Shown: positions 53,574-64,000 of the stretch, one piece after another | How the letters are laid out: every line of letters begins with the position of its first letter | Numbering within the stretch: position 1 is the first letter of the stretch | Source: Cyanophora paradoxa CCMP329 | Lineage: Eukaryota; Plantae; Glaucophyta | Length of the DNA stretch: 64,000 bases | Assembly: GCA_004431415.1 (NCBI GenBank) | Contig: QPMI01000614.1 | Coordinates: 62,001 to 126,000 of the forward strand | Reading direction: 5' to 3' | The notes under the pieces: model-generated | Database searches by the model: none | What the model saw: the letters and a program-made list of their open reading frames with translations, nothing else | What the model was told of the DNA's origin: nothing | Program-made: the position numbers and the translations under genes

Positions 53574-56010
53574 TCAAGATCTGTCAGCATCATCATCGAT
53601 CGAAATCTCAACACTCTCTCTGCCATCCACCTCCTCAGAATATGCGGCTTGCTCGCCCTGGAAGTACTCTCGAAGAGATGAACTTGAAGAGGTGCTCTCA
53701 AAGAGGAGAACTTCGCCCTCAGACGTACAGCAAGCCAGAAATCTGCAAGGGAAGGTACTCATGGACATGCGAATCAATGAAAAATCCTAAACTACACTTG
53801 CCGGCCATCTTGACTGAAATCAACTGCATGCACAGTCCCAGCTATTTTCTCTGTATTTAGCTGCAATCGTAGGTTGTAAGTCATCATGGGTCGAACACAC
53901 AAGGCTGGCAGGGGGCAGGAATTTCGGCATTCGAATGGCCGCACCTGAACATACCCGCCATGTGCCACGTCAAATATATACAGAAAGCCTGCCCTGCCAA
54001 GGACAAAGCAGCGCCCATTCGGATGTACTGCAAAGCGTGTCCACCATCCTTTCTGCTCTTTCTCATCCGGAAACGAATATTCCATCGCAGTGCGGATGGA
54101 TGAAGGCCTGCATTCGTCACCCCACGGACCCGCAAAAGGCTGCGAACTTTAATCAAAACTGCCCAGGACGTGGGGGCTGTGTATCACGGTTCCTAGGTCT
54201 TAGGGGTTCTTAGGGAAAGCGGCATTGCCAGCTGGCCCTGGTAGAAAGAAAAACTATCTGAATACTCTCCCTTGCAATTGCTTTTAGGTGGTTTCAAGAG
54301 GCACACTGACCCGCTTGTCCATGGCTGGTTCAGAACATGAGAGATCCGACAAACAAGATAAAAGCAGAAACCTTACAGTTCGATGGCCGCCAGAGCCGAC
54401 CGAATGAAGGATTTTTGCCTGCTTGTTTCGAAAGGAGGAAAGGTGGACCGGCCTCATCATTCACTGGAATGAATGCCACGGCATCGACAATATCACCGTG
54501 TGGACGCTGTGTGCTGAAGCCTGGACGGGAGAGCTGCCAGGCCCCATTGGCAAGGCAGACGCAAGAGTTCGGGGCCCGGACCAGGACAGGATGCTGTGGG
54601 GGCGAAGCCTCAAGACGTCTGGAAGCGTCTGTAGTTTGCAATCTTCGATTGATGGTATCTACGATCCTCTGAGCAATGGCAGATGACGGTATCTACCATC
54701 CTCTGGTCAAGCATAGTGAATGCATCCTGTGGCCAAGAAAAGAGAGCTTACATCCATATCTTTGAAAAAAACGTGGGATGGAGTGGCCCCGTCTTCAATC
54801 TTGGGGCTGGCGACTCCTGACTGATGGCAAGCAGAACTCCCAGAACTTCCTGATGCATTCTCGAGCCAGCTGTAGATGCGGACTGTACTTGCGGCATCAC
54901 AAGTTGCAAGGAGAATGCGCTGACTGCCTCCGGCCCTTTCTGCAGATTGCGCATACACATCAAGATGAAGGAGTTGTGAGGGAGGCATGATCAGGTCCGA
55001 GAAGCTTGCAAGGCAGACTCGCCCGAGTACATCCCACAGTCTGTTTTAGGAGCGTGATTACCTCCGTCATCCGGCACACATACAAGCGTACCGCACAGTA
55101 CTGTCTACAGAAGCCGAGAAAATTAAACTGCGCAAAAGTAAAGGCGTATCGAAGAGTTGGAATGCAAATTGCGACAGGAGCAACGCGAAAGGGTGATGGT
55201 TAAAGATAATGACGCACCCTGCATGGATTGGGTGGGGCCGCAGTGAGTACACCGGGCCTCCATGCCCAATTAAAAGCTGCACGCCGTTATCAAGCAAGAA
55301 GGACGAGTGAATCGAGATGTGGGTGAGAATCTGGCGCACCCCTGCCGAAACTCGGCCTTCAGGGAGCATCTCGACCACCTGCCGGGCATGGAAAAGTTGA
55401 ACGGTGGAATTACTGCTTCGGAAACTGCTCCAGTGAACGAACCGCAACACCCATATCTCGTGGACGCGTGCCAGGTTCTTGTGCTTCCCCTCCTATCACA
55501 AGAATGGCATTCGCACGATCTGGTGCATTTGGGGACCCTGCCTGCGGTCTTGCCGTCCACGTCACAGCGTAGCCCACATCTGTCGAAGCCTGAGCAGAGC
55601 GTTATATCTCAGTCGCTCAGTGCCGAAAGGGGCGCGCCTTCCCAAACGAAATTCTTCTTCTCAACACCAAACGCTTCTTGTATCCCACAGCGGGACCCTC
55701 CGGTCCGGACGGGAGGCACTGGAGGACGAACGTGCCTCTATAACCAGTTGTAGCGAGGACATAACCGAGGCCACGGCTGTGCTGCACGTAAAAAAAAGGC
55801 AACATTAGCTAAAGATAACTATTTCGATTTTACTGTTTTATCCCGGGAGGAAGAGCAGAACCTTCACAAACGCGATGTCCCACAGTGCCTTTTCCACAGG
55901 GTTAGAGGACATCTTGCAGGAGTATGTGCAAGCATACTCGTAACTGAACGCACTCAGAGACTTTTTGATATCTCAAAAATAAAAGGGCACCTTCTGGACG
56001 AAGCCGCCAT
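53574..56010 (-). CDS. Divergent EED/ESC/FIE-like WD40 protein (PRC2 subunit homolog), multi-exon, apparently intact
   Basis: The spliced product is collinear with EED as recalled: YEYACTYS..KALWDIAF (cf. QPLFGVQF), YVLATTGYRGTFVLQC (VFATVGSNRVTLYEC), DVGYAVTWT (ENFYTCAWT), LIGHGGPVYSLRPHP..LIFSASVDSTVRLWDV, PGFSTQRPHGDIVDAVAF..LLSK ([26 protein letters not shown]), GWWTRF..FVLGRAGFLYIFDV (IWYMRF..LALGNQVGKLYVWDL), VHAVDFSQDG.FLACCTSEGEVLLF. Confidence 0.75.
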
Positions 56011-56126
56011 CTGCTTTCCCCTGCCACGAAGCCGCCCTTGATCTGTGACTACGATTAGGACGTCTTTTGATCTGCGATTGCGATTAGGACGTGCGATTAC
56101 GATTAGGACGTCTTTGAGGCTCGGCC

Positions 56127-56850
56127 TTATCGCGTGGTGTCCAGCGTCTCCTCCTCTAGATCCGCTAGTTGCGCCTGCTTCAACGCGCTGGAGCGCGCAT
56201 TGCGCTGCATATGCCGGAGCCGTGCCTGCCGATTGAAGCGCCTGCCGACCCCGAGCTTGCGTGCACGAGTCGATGATCGACGTTCGGAGCCGCGGCACCC
56301 CGATGAACTGCGTGAATCGACTGCCGCAGTGCTGGAGGCGCTGGCGGAACCAGGCAGCTGCCTGTCGGGGTACGCCTATGCCGTACTGGACGGCATCATG
56401 CCGTACTATGCCGTATGCATTCATATATGAAAAGACGCAATACGATCTTCTACGCTTGGGAAAACTACTTCCGGCTGTCCGCTGTGTCTTCGTACTACAA
56501 TGGACGATGTTTTCCTCGGGAATGGAAGGGTCAACGCGCGGTGATCTGATCGTGACCTGCGTTCAGTGCCACTAAGCCACTGCTGGTTTTTATGATTTTA
56601 TTCATGTTTCATCCCAACACGAACCTGGTCCAATCCGGGACTGTATCGTCTGCATCTGACGAGGTGCTTGCGCCACTAAGCCTTCTTTTCGGGCCGGCAC
56701 CCCTCCAAGAGCTGCAAGCTGCGAGTGGGTCACCAATATCCACCGTAGAGGCGAGAAGGGCCCGCGGAGGCGGCGACGGCTGGATGGGAACGTCCTCGTC
56801 CTGTGCGAAGTCTCATTTGCGCAAAAAAAGAAAAGCATAGTCAAACCTGG
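56127..56850 (-). CDS. Element-internal orphan gene C (basic, Arg-rich C-terminus); structure uncertain
   Basis: DFAQDEDVPIQPSPPP..GPKRRLSGASTSSDADD and SERRSSTRARKLGVGRRFNRQARLRHMQRNARSSALKQAQLADLEEETLDTTR* (stop at 56127). Confidence 0.35.
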
Positions 56851-56975
56851 AGAACGTGGAGATTTGTAGTGAGAAACTTAAGATTAGCAAACGCCTCTGC
56901 CAGTTCCTGTTCACGTTTTGAAATCGCGATCGGGGGCACGTCATCGTAATAGAGCATCCAGATCGAAATCGGAGC

Positions 56976-59490
56976 TTAGAGCACCTGAGTGAGCTTGGAG
57001 TTCAATTCTCGAAGGGCCGTATTTTGCAATCGAAGACGTTTGACTTCGCTCTCCAAGCGGTGGATGGACCGCTCCTGAACAATTGCAAAAACAATTAAGA
57101 GCACATTGCCAGGCCACGAAAACATGCCTGTACCTTATGGCCCACTTCGGCCTGCAGCGTGTTGCAAAGGAGCTGAATTTGCAGGTCAGCAATGCTGCTA
57201 ACTTCGTTTCGTTTCTTATGCGAACCTGAGTGCTGATGTGCAAGGTTTGCATCTCCTCGAGAACACCATCGCCCTCAGCTGCCTCGATTTCTTGTCCTTG
57301 GGGGGCGGCCCCGTCAAAGTACTTCTGGGTTCTACTTAGTGCTTGGCCAGGAGACCGTGGGACAGGGGGTGCACTGAAGTTTCGCCATCGTCGAAGTCAG
57401 AACTCTCGTGCCCTTCTTCGGAATCGTCACATTCAAGTGCACACACGGGTTCTGGTGGTGCAGGAACTTCGAACGTGACTGCGGTACTGGCATTTCAATA
57501 CATGCTCAGGTGGCCAGACAAGGACATACCCCTTTCCATCGAATCTCTTGAAGGAGTGCCAAGCAGAGTGGACAGGGAGGGGCGAACCTGCAAATGCGGT
57601 TTGGAACAAGTGGCGAAACAACAGAGCAAGACCCACCTTGTGCCTAATTGCACGAGGTGTAGGGGCAGTGTCTGCAGTGCGCAGCTGGCGGCCAGATGAT
57701 GTTATTGGGTTCTGACTGCCCTGTTCGGGAACTGAGAAGAGCGAAGCATGTTGCGATCGAGAAAAAGGAACCTTCGGCATCGGCACACAGGTTCGGTTGA
57801 GTGAGCGGCACAGGGTGGATGAGCCCGGTGCATGCCGGGTTCCAGCATGGTAGTTTTGCTGTCGTGTAAAGAGCAAGATTGTGCCGCAAAGATTAGTAAT
57901 CGTAATCGCAAAGATAATTTAGAGATAAATCGCAGCATTCGGCGCAGACCTTGGCAGGCGACCGCTGGGCAGGAGAAAGGGCGGCTGCAGAGCCTGGCGT
58001 AGCGTGGAGGTTATCCTGCAGCAGAAGTCAAGGGTTAGCAGTTCGTGTCTGAAAGTATTCCGGTTGCGAAGACGGTTTGCAAACCTGTAGAGTTGCAAGC
58101 AAGGACCGGAGGGAATCGAGTTCCCGGGGTACGAGGTCCTTCCCCTCGGATGCGACTGCCTCCATCTGGTTGCAGTTGAAGCACGTCGCCAAAAAAGAAA
58201 GCTGCCACACAGCCACAGCCATACATACCTTTGCAAGCGCCGCCTCACAGAGAGCGCGGATGGTGTCCGTATCCCACCGCTGACTGGTGTTGGACAGCAG
58301 TAAGAGCCCAATATATGGGGAGACCCGCACCTGACCAGCGGCAGGCCCATAGATGCCATCTTCATCTCGGCGGCCGACGGGTTCCTGCGGAAAATTCACG
58401 ACATATGCAATGACAAGCCTTTCGGACAGCAGACAAACCCAGAAACCAAGCTCCGCAAGCATCCTGCAGCACGGCGAGTCATACAGGGGAGTGGCGGAGG
58501 GGGCGGAGGGGGAGGGGGGAGGGGGTATTGGAGGGAGGGGTGGAGGCGGGAGGAGGAGGGGGCTGTGGGTGAGGAAGGGGGGGGGGAGGGGGGGGGGAGG
58601 CGTGGAGGGGGAGGGCAGGGCGGGGGCCCAAGGAATTGTTACCGGCGTTTTTCGGCAACTTCTTCCGCAGCAACCGCAAGCTTCGCTTCCAACTCAACGT
58701 TGCGGGCCTCAGCCGCCTCGAGCCTGGTGGATATGCGCTCCTTGATGGTCGAGAGTTCGTCCTTTGCGGCCTCCAGCCGTGCTACGTAGCTGTACAGGCC
58801 TTCGAGCTCGTCCCTGCACAATGTATCAGACAGTTTAAATCCAGAAACCAGGCGTGTGCCAACCAACGTACGTCGCTGCTGCTAGCCCTGCGGCCTTACA
58901 GGTGACCTCGTCTTGCACCCGGTGCAGGTCGCCTCTGAGCCGAAGCGCATCGCACTGCGCATCACAGAGCCAGTCGCCAAGAGACGAACAATGATCGGGG
59001 CTGTGCACACCTGAAGAGTATCGATCCGGGCACGAGCCACATTGAGTGCGGCTCGCACTCGGTCAGATGCCCCCTCAGGGCTCAATCTGTTCGCATGGAG
59101 TGTGAGGAAGCGGGGGGCAGAGCACAAGGCAGACATAAGCACCCGCCATTTGAGCCCAGAGCACCAAGAGAGAGGGACTCTGCTGTAAGAACGAGCTCGC
59201 TGCAGCAAAACAATTAGCATCCAGGTCCATCGGTACATTGACTTAGAAGTAGTCACCGCAGAAGTTCACCACACTTGCCGTCGCAGGTACGCCCCTCGGC
59301 GCCCTGATTTAACGCTGTCGGCGCTGGTTGCATAGGCAGTCCATCATCCCCCAGTTGAACCGGTGGAACGGGCGCCTCCATCTGTCGGAGCCTGCAGGCG
59401 TGCTTTCGTGTGAAGAGCATTTCCATTACGATCATCAATCATTACGAGTTCAGACCTTGGTGTAAGAGATTTTGGAGGCGCTGAACTCAT
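56976..59490 (-). CDS. Element-internal orphan gene D (coiled-coil protein), multi-exon; structure uncertain
   Basis: Probable start MSSAPPKSLTPRSEL. Coiled-coil exons DELEGLYSYVARLEAAKDELSTIKERISTRLEAAEARNVELEAKLAVAAEEVAEKRR and ERSIHRLESEVKRLRLQNTALRELNSKLTQVL*. Confidence 0.45.
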
Positions 59491-59788
59491 GAACGACTGG
59501 CCCGTGGGGGATACAGCCGTAGATACAGCCGTGTGCTGCCGATAGGAACGAAGCTACTCGCTTCCTGCAGATACAGCCGTGTGCTGCCGTTGCGTAGTGC
59601 TGACTATCTGACTATCTGCAGACACTGCTTTGCAGTGTCTGTCCGTGTGATACGTCCTGCCCACACTGACACGCGCACCAGCTCAAAATTAAGCTCGGGG
59701 AAACTGCATGTTTGAATCGTAATCGCAATCGTAATCGCAATCCCCAGTTTGCAATCCTCCACGAACGATCTGCGTTCAAAGCCGAGAA

Positions 59789-59875
59789 GAAAGTTGGACG
59801 AAAGTTGGACGAAAGTTGGACGAAAGTATCATGCAATTGGAAGCTTAAGAAAGTTGGACGAAAGTTGGACGAAAG
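59789..59875. repeat. Subterminal 11-bp tandem repeats (GAAAGTTGGAC) in two clusters
   Basis: Three copies plus a partial at 59789-59826, and two plus a partial at 59849-59875. Confidence 0.9.
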
Positions 59876-60916
59876 CAGTTGCGTACCCCTGCACGCCAAC
59901 AACAGACCAGCGCTAGCCGCGCCGACCAGCCACATACATCTGAGGCCGAGGTAGTTAACAATACCATACGCGTTGCTGTTGCTGCACAGCAGCGCGCCCC
60001 AGGTCCGCGCCGTCCCAGCGCGCCGCCCGCGTTGGAATGCCCGCGTTCGCAACCCCGGCCCGCGCGTGCAGGCACTCGCACTGGGAGGCCCGCCAATCTA
60101 CCCTCGCGGAGCGTGGATTGGAACCCCTGGGTGCCCGCCCCTCCTCCCGAAGTCCGATCTCGCGTGCGCTGTCCGACCCCCCTCTGCGCGCTTCCGCCGC
60201 CCTGCAGAATCGACCAGCCTGGCAGGGAGGGATCGCGCTTTCGCGCTTTCCCCGAGTGCGCGCCTTCGATTTCGATTTCAGGGCGCTTCGATTTCGATCT
60301 GACCCCCCTCCGCGCGTGCGCCGCATCGGCCCCGCAGGCTACCGACGGGTCCCGGCCCCGCCGGGCCTGCAGGAACTCCCACCGCCCAAGAACGACGACG
60401 CGACGCTGCACACGACACGCGCGCGGCCCTAGGCTGTGCGGGGGTGGAGCGTTACTCCCCTTACGGGTCTCGGGGGGGCAACGGCCGGGCCGGCAACGGC
60501 GAGGGCCGCACCTTCCTATGCGTAGCCCAGACAGGCGTAGTACACAGCTAGCTAGCTCTGTCTACGCTGAACGCATAGCGCTACCGCGGTCCGCCCCTTG
60601 CGCTACTGTCTTCACTGAACTCCCCTGGCTCCACTGGCTCTGAGAGGCCTCGACTAGCTGGCCTGAGACTGCCCTGCCAGTACAGCACACGCACAACCGC
60701 CAGCTAGAGCAAACCAGCTCGCGCTCCTGCCGTCGATCTGGCGCCGAAGAGCGGCTACCCCCCCCAACAGCTCCGGCCCTCCGGGCCTCGGCCTCCGGCT
60801 CCTCAGCCGCTGCCCGAAAGCTGACTGCGCATAGCTACGATCGCGTATTCGGTTGTGTCCGAGGTCGGGGATGCGCGGCGAGCGGAGGCGGCGCAAGCTC
60901 GAAAGCTCAAAGCTCA

Positions 60917-63900
60917 ATGTGGGCCTTGTTCGGTGCGAGGCCGCGGGACAAGTTCTCTCTCGAGAACCTGCAGTGCGTCCAACCACAGCGCGGCGCCTCT
61001 GCTACACAGCCACGCTAACGGAGCGCTGCACAGGTACCTGTACAACACGCTCGTGCGGAACCCGATCATTAACGATGCAAATCGAGAAGCGATCGTCGAG
61101 ACGCTTCGTACAATCTCAGAGCTTCTCATCTGGGGCGACCAGCACAACTCCAACTTCTTCGAGTGCGCCTGCCGTCCGCTGCAGCCCTGCAGGAAGCGCT
61201 TCGCGCTGCGGCGAAGCAGGTGGCGCTGCTCTGACTCGATTTCCGGCGCGCAGCTTCTTTTTGGAGAAGAACATGCTCTCTTTCTTTGCAAAGATTGTGT
61301 CGCAACCGAACGCTGGGAAGACGGCGAAAGTCCAGGTCCTTCAGACCCTGAGCATTCTTATACAGAACCTCACGAACGAGACTTCTGTTTGTGCGCTATG
61401 AGTTACCCCCGCCTGTCACTCCGCGTTAAGCCTCTGCAGACTACATCCTGTCCAACAACCACGTGAACGACCTTATCACGCAAGACGGTTTCGACTACAG
61501 CGACGAAGAGACCATAGCCTACTACATTTCTTTCCTGAAGACTCTCTCGTTGCAGCTCAACAAGAACACCATCCAGTTCTTTTTTAGCCAGGTTCAGGCG
61601 ATGCTACGAAAGAAGTCACGCTTTACTTCCGCAAATGATTTTTCCTCTGCTCTCGTAGAAGCACAACTCGTTTGCACTGTACTCTCAGGCACTTCGGTTT
61701 TTTGGGCATGACGAGAGCATGGTCCGTGCAGCTGTGCGAACCATTACCTTGCAAGTTTTCAAAGGTATGACCGGTTTGCGAACTGTTCCGATTCTTGGTG
61801 TTTTGAATGCGGGATCCGCAGTGGAGGACCGAGCTGTACGAAATTTCCTGCTTTCGCCTGGCCCTGCACAGTACTTTTCGCAGCTAGTGCTTTATATGTA
61901 CAGTCTATCACGACGGTTGGACGAGTTCTACTCGAGGCTACAGTAAGTTCCTGTTCATTGCTCTGCTGCCGGAAGAGAAGTGGCGAATCGTTATTTTCCT
62001 GAGCAACCTGCCCAGACATGGCGCGATGCTGAAATCGGAGAAAGAAGGCGTTGGCGTCATAGCTGACCTAGTGAGCATGTCGCCTGCACTGAAGTGCCTC
62101 CTGATCGACCCTTGTTGCAGGTCAGCGAATTCATGAACTGCCTGTACTATATCAACGATGTGTATTTGCTTGGTGTAGACTCCATCAATAAGGTCCATCC
62201 TTTCTGTCCTTCATCTTTGCGTGCAGCTTTGCTCACGAATCCTGCCGCTTCAGGTCTTGACCGACAATCTCCTCCAGCGCTTCCTGCTTCCCCTGCTCGT
62301 CGGGTCTGTTCTGCCCCTCAAAGTGGAAGTTCCTGTGCGTTTCGGTCGGGTCATCATAATCCTGGCACCGCTCAGAGAACTGAACGATTGCTTTGCAGGA
62401 GGGCCGCGTGACACCTCTCGTCGCTCTCTTCCTGTTGGCCCAGGTGAGCCCCCCCCCCCCCCCTCCCTCCCACCCCCTCCCTCCCCCCCCCCCTCGAAAA
62501 AAAATCCAATCGACTGCGACAGGTCTTCACGGGGCTAACTCACCCACCCGTCCTGAACACCGTGGCGCTATCGTTTTTCGGCATCCGTCCTCCTCGTTCA
62601 CTCAGCAATTCTAACTCCTACTTCGCGAACGGCGGGCTGTACGGTTCAGTAGAGCCTCCTCCTGACGTTCGCAAGCTGCTCGGTCTTCCTGGGGATAGCG
62701 ATGTGCATCACTCGCTTCGCTCAAGCACCATTGGGTCGCTTCACGCCTCCTATTCAGCACCGTCCCCACCATCCTCTTCTCTTCGAGGGCCCGAATTTTC
62801 TGCAGCACAGGACACGAACGGGTATCCTCTTCACCCGCAGAGTCACTCCCATCATCCCGGTTACCCTCCTCTTAACGGATCCATATCCCGTTCATCCTCT
62901 TCGTCATCCGCCCCTGGAACTGGTCCTGGCTACCTCTCTCCTGCCCACTCAGTGAACTCATCCGCTCCTGCCCCTCCACCATTGTCCTCCTCGCCATCCA
63001 TGCGGCAGCGTATGCATCGGGACTGCCACCTCCTCCAGCATCTAAGGTCAGTTTCGCGCAAGTTCACATTGCGCGAGCTAACTGTTTGGTTTCTGCAGCT
63101 CTGCGGATGACCGCGTTGTTCTCTGTGCTGTCTGTCTTTTACACGCCTTGGTGACGAATCCTGGCACAGACAAGGTCCGGATGTTCTCCAGTATGGGTAT
63201 CACCATCTAATCGTCATGCAGGATCTCCTTGAAACCGCTGGACTGCTCCCTCTGCGTTTGAGAAAAGCGAAATCGCTTTTGGACTCCCTCGTGGATGCCA
63301 AGGTAAGCACCACAGTAAATACATTTGCAGAGTAATGAAGGGTTTTGCAGGCCGGTCTTAGTGGACACTCTAGCGCCCTTCCCCTCTCACTTGCGTCTGG
63401 AAAGTATGCAAAGAAAGTAAGTGGTCTCCGGGAATCTCTGACAATGCGTGCAGCCCAGCCGCTGCTGCCACGGCACTCGTTGCTGCAGCACACACTGGTG
63501 CCGGGGGGGGTGGAGAGTCGGCATTCGACACGCTCTCACAGATTCAGGTTCCTGCACGATCTCATCGTTCTTTTGTTCAAGCTGATGTGGGATGACAGAG
63601 TGGGATATTCGGACCATCGTACAACGCACCAGTCATGGACGCCTTGTTGACTATCGCATTGAACCCATCCAAGGCAGGCTTGTTAATGAGCTCCTACGTT
63701 TTTGAATCTTAGCGTCCGTTTTCGCAGTGGCGCCTTGTGACACTCCATATGGTTGTCCGTCTCATTCTTGAGCTTTGCTTCAACAGTGTACGACCTTGTC
63801 AAACCCGTGCTACCTGTCAAGCCTAACACCGGACTTAGGCAACCAATAGGACATCTCTGTCGGAACATCATGCACGGCTTCTGGAAGACGCTCACCAGGT

Positions 63901-64000
63901 ATTGAAAAGTGTTTGCTTTTTTGGACAGCAACACTAACTTCAACGGAAGGGATGTGCCGCGATCCTCAGCGAAATCTTGAATTCCTACCATGGCCCTTAC
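60917..64000 (+). CDS. CLEC16A/TT9(GFS9)-like FPL-domain protein (runs off the window)
   Basis: FSLENLQYLY..VETLRTISELLIWGDQH..FFEFFLEKNML, VQVLQTLSILIQNL..YYILSNNHVNDLI..EETIAYYISFLKTLS..TIQFFF, ESMVRAAVRTITLQVF. Confidence 0.92.

Larger units (their letters stand above)
50307..60575. mobile_element. Large (~10.3 kb) inverted-repeat-bounded, gene-carrying element (putative DNA transposon; no transposase recognised)
   Basis: 50307-~50510 and ~60375-60575 are reverse complements (CTACGCCTGT.TGGGCTAC.CATAGGA.GGTGCGGCCCTCGCCGTTGCCGGCCCGGCC..AAGGGGAGTA.CG.TCCACCC.CGCA..CGTGTGCAGC.TCGCGT). The right arm (60265-60520) is related to the right arm of the 44.6-45.8 kb element. Confidence 0.7.

Noticed and set aside
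59789-59875. Short repeats as a possible CRISPR array
   Set aside because: The 11-bp units are contiguous with no unique spacers, no cas genes are present, and the context is eukaryotic.
50307-60575. Assignment of the element to a named transposon superfamily or endogenous virus
   Set aside because: No DDE transposase, integrase, polB or capsid motifs were recognised and no unambiguous TSD was found.

Overview
Eukaryotic nuclear DNA that is GC-rich and densely split by tiny introns (about 45-90 nt, many GC-AG). It is most likely a glaucophyte alga (Cyanophora-like); this is inferred from MAF/MxAF-type plastid transit peptides and an intron-containing nuclear cemA. The raw ORF track is largely uninformative because of the introns, so genes were reconstructed by hand and boundaries are approximate. 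About 20 host genes are recognisable: Ubl+RCC1 protein, LYR protein, GRAM/PH-like protein, LRR-like protein, plastid Cpn10, CemA/Ycf10, cN-II-type 5'-nucleotidase, tRNA-Gln, DUSP, a bacterial-type acetate-CoA ligase/GNAT fusion, Ser/Thr kinase, OGG1, a GFGQG-repeat protein, MCM3, ZC3H11-like CCCH protein, E2F, 14-3-3, SUN and CLEC16A/TT9. Many sit in very tight head-to-head pairs. The most notable feature is a ~10.3-kb segment (50307-60575) bracketed by ~200-bp inverted repeats. It carries three orphan genes and an apparently intact, highly divergent EED/ESC/FIE-like (PRC2) WD40 gene that keeps aromatic residues at the methyl-lysine cage positions, plus recurrent AATCGY motif arrays. A ~1.27-kb MITE-like relative with similar inverted repeats lies at 44571-45841. 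The hypothesis is a DNA transposon family that captured a Polycomb reader, possibly as an anti-silencing factor. No transposase was recognised.
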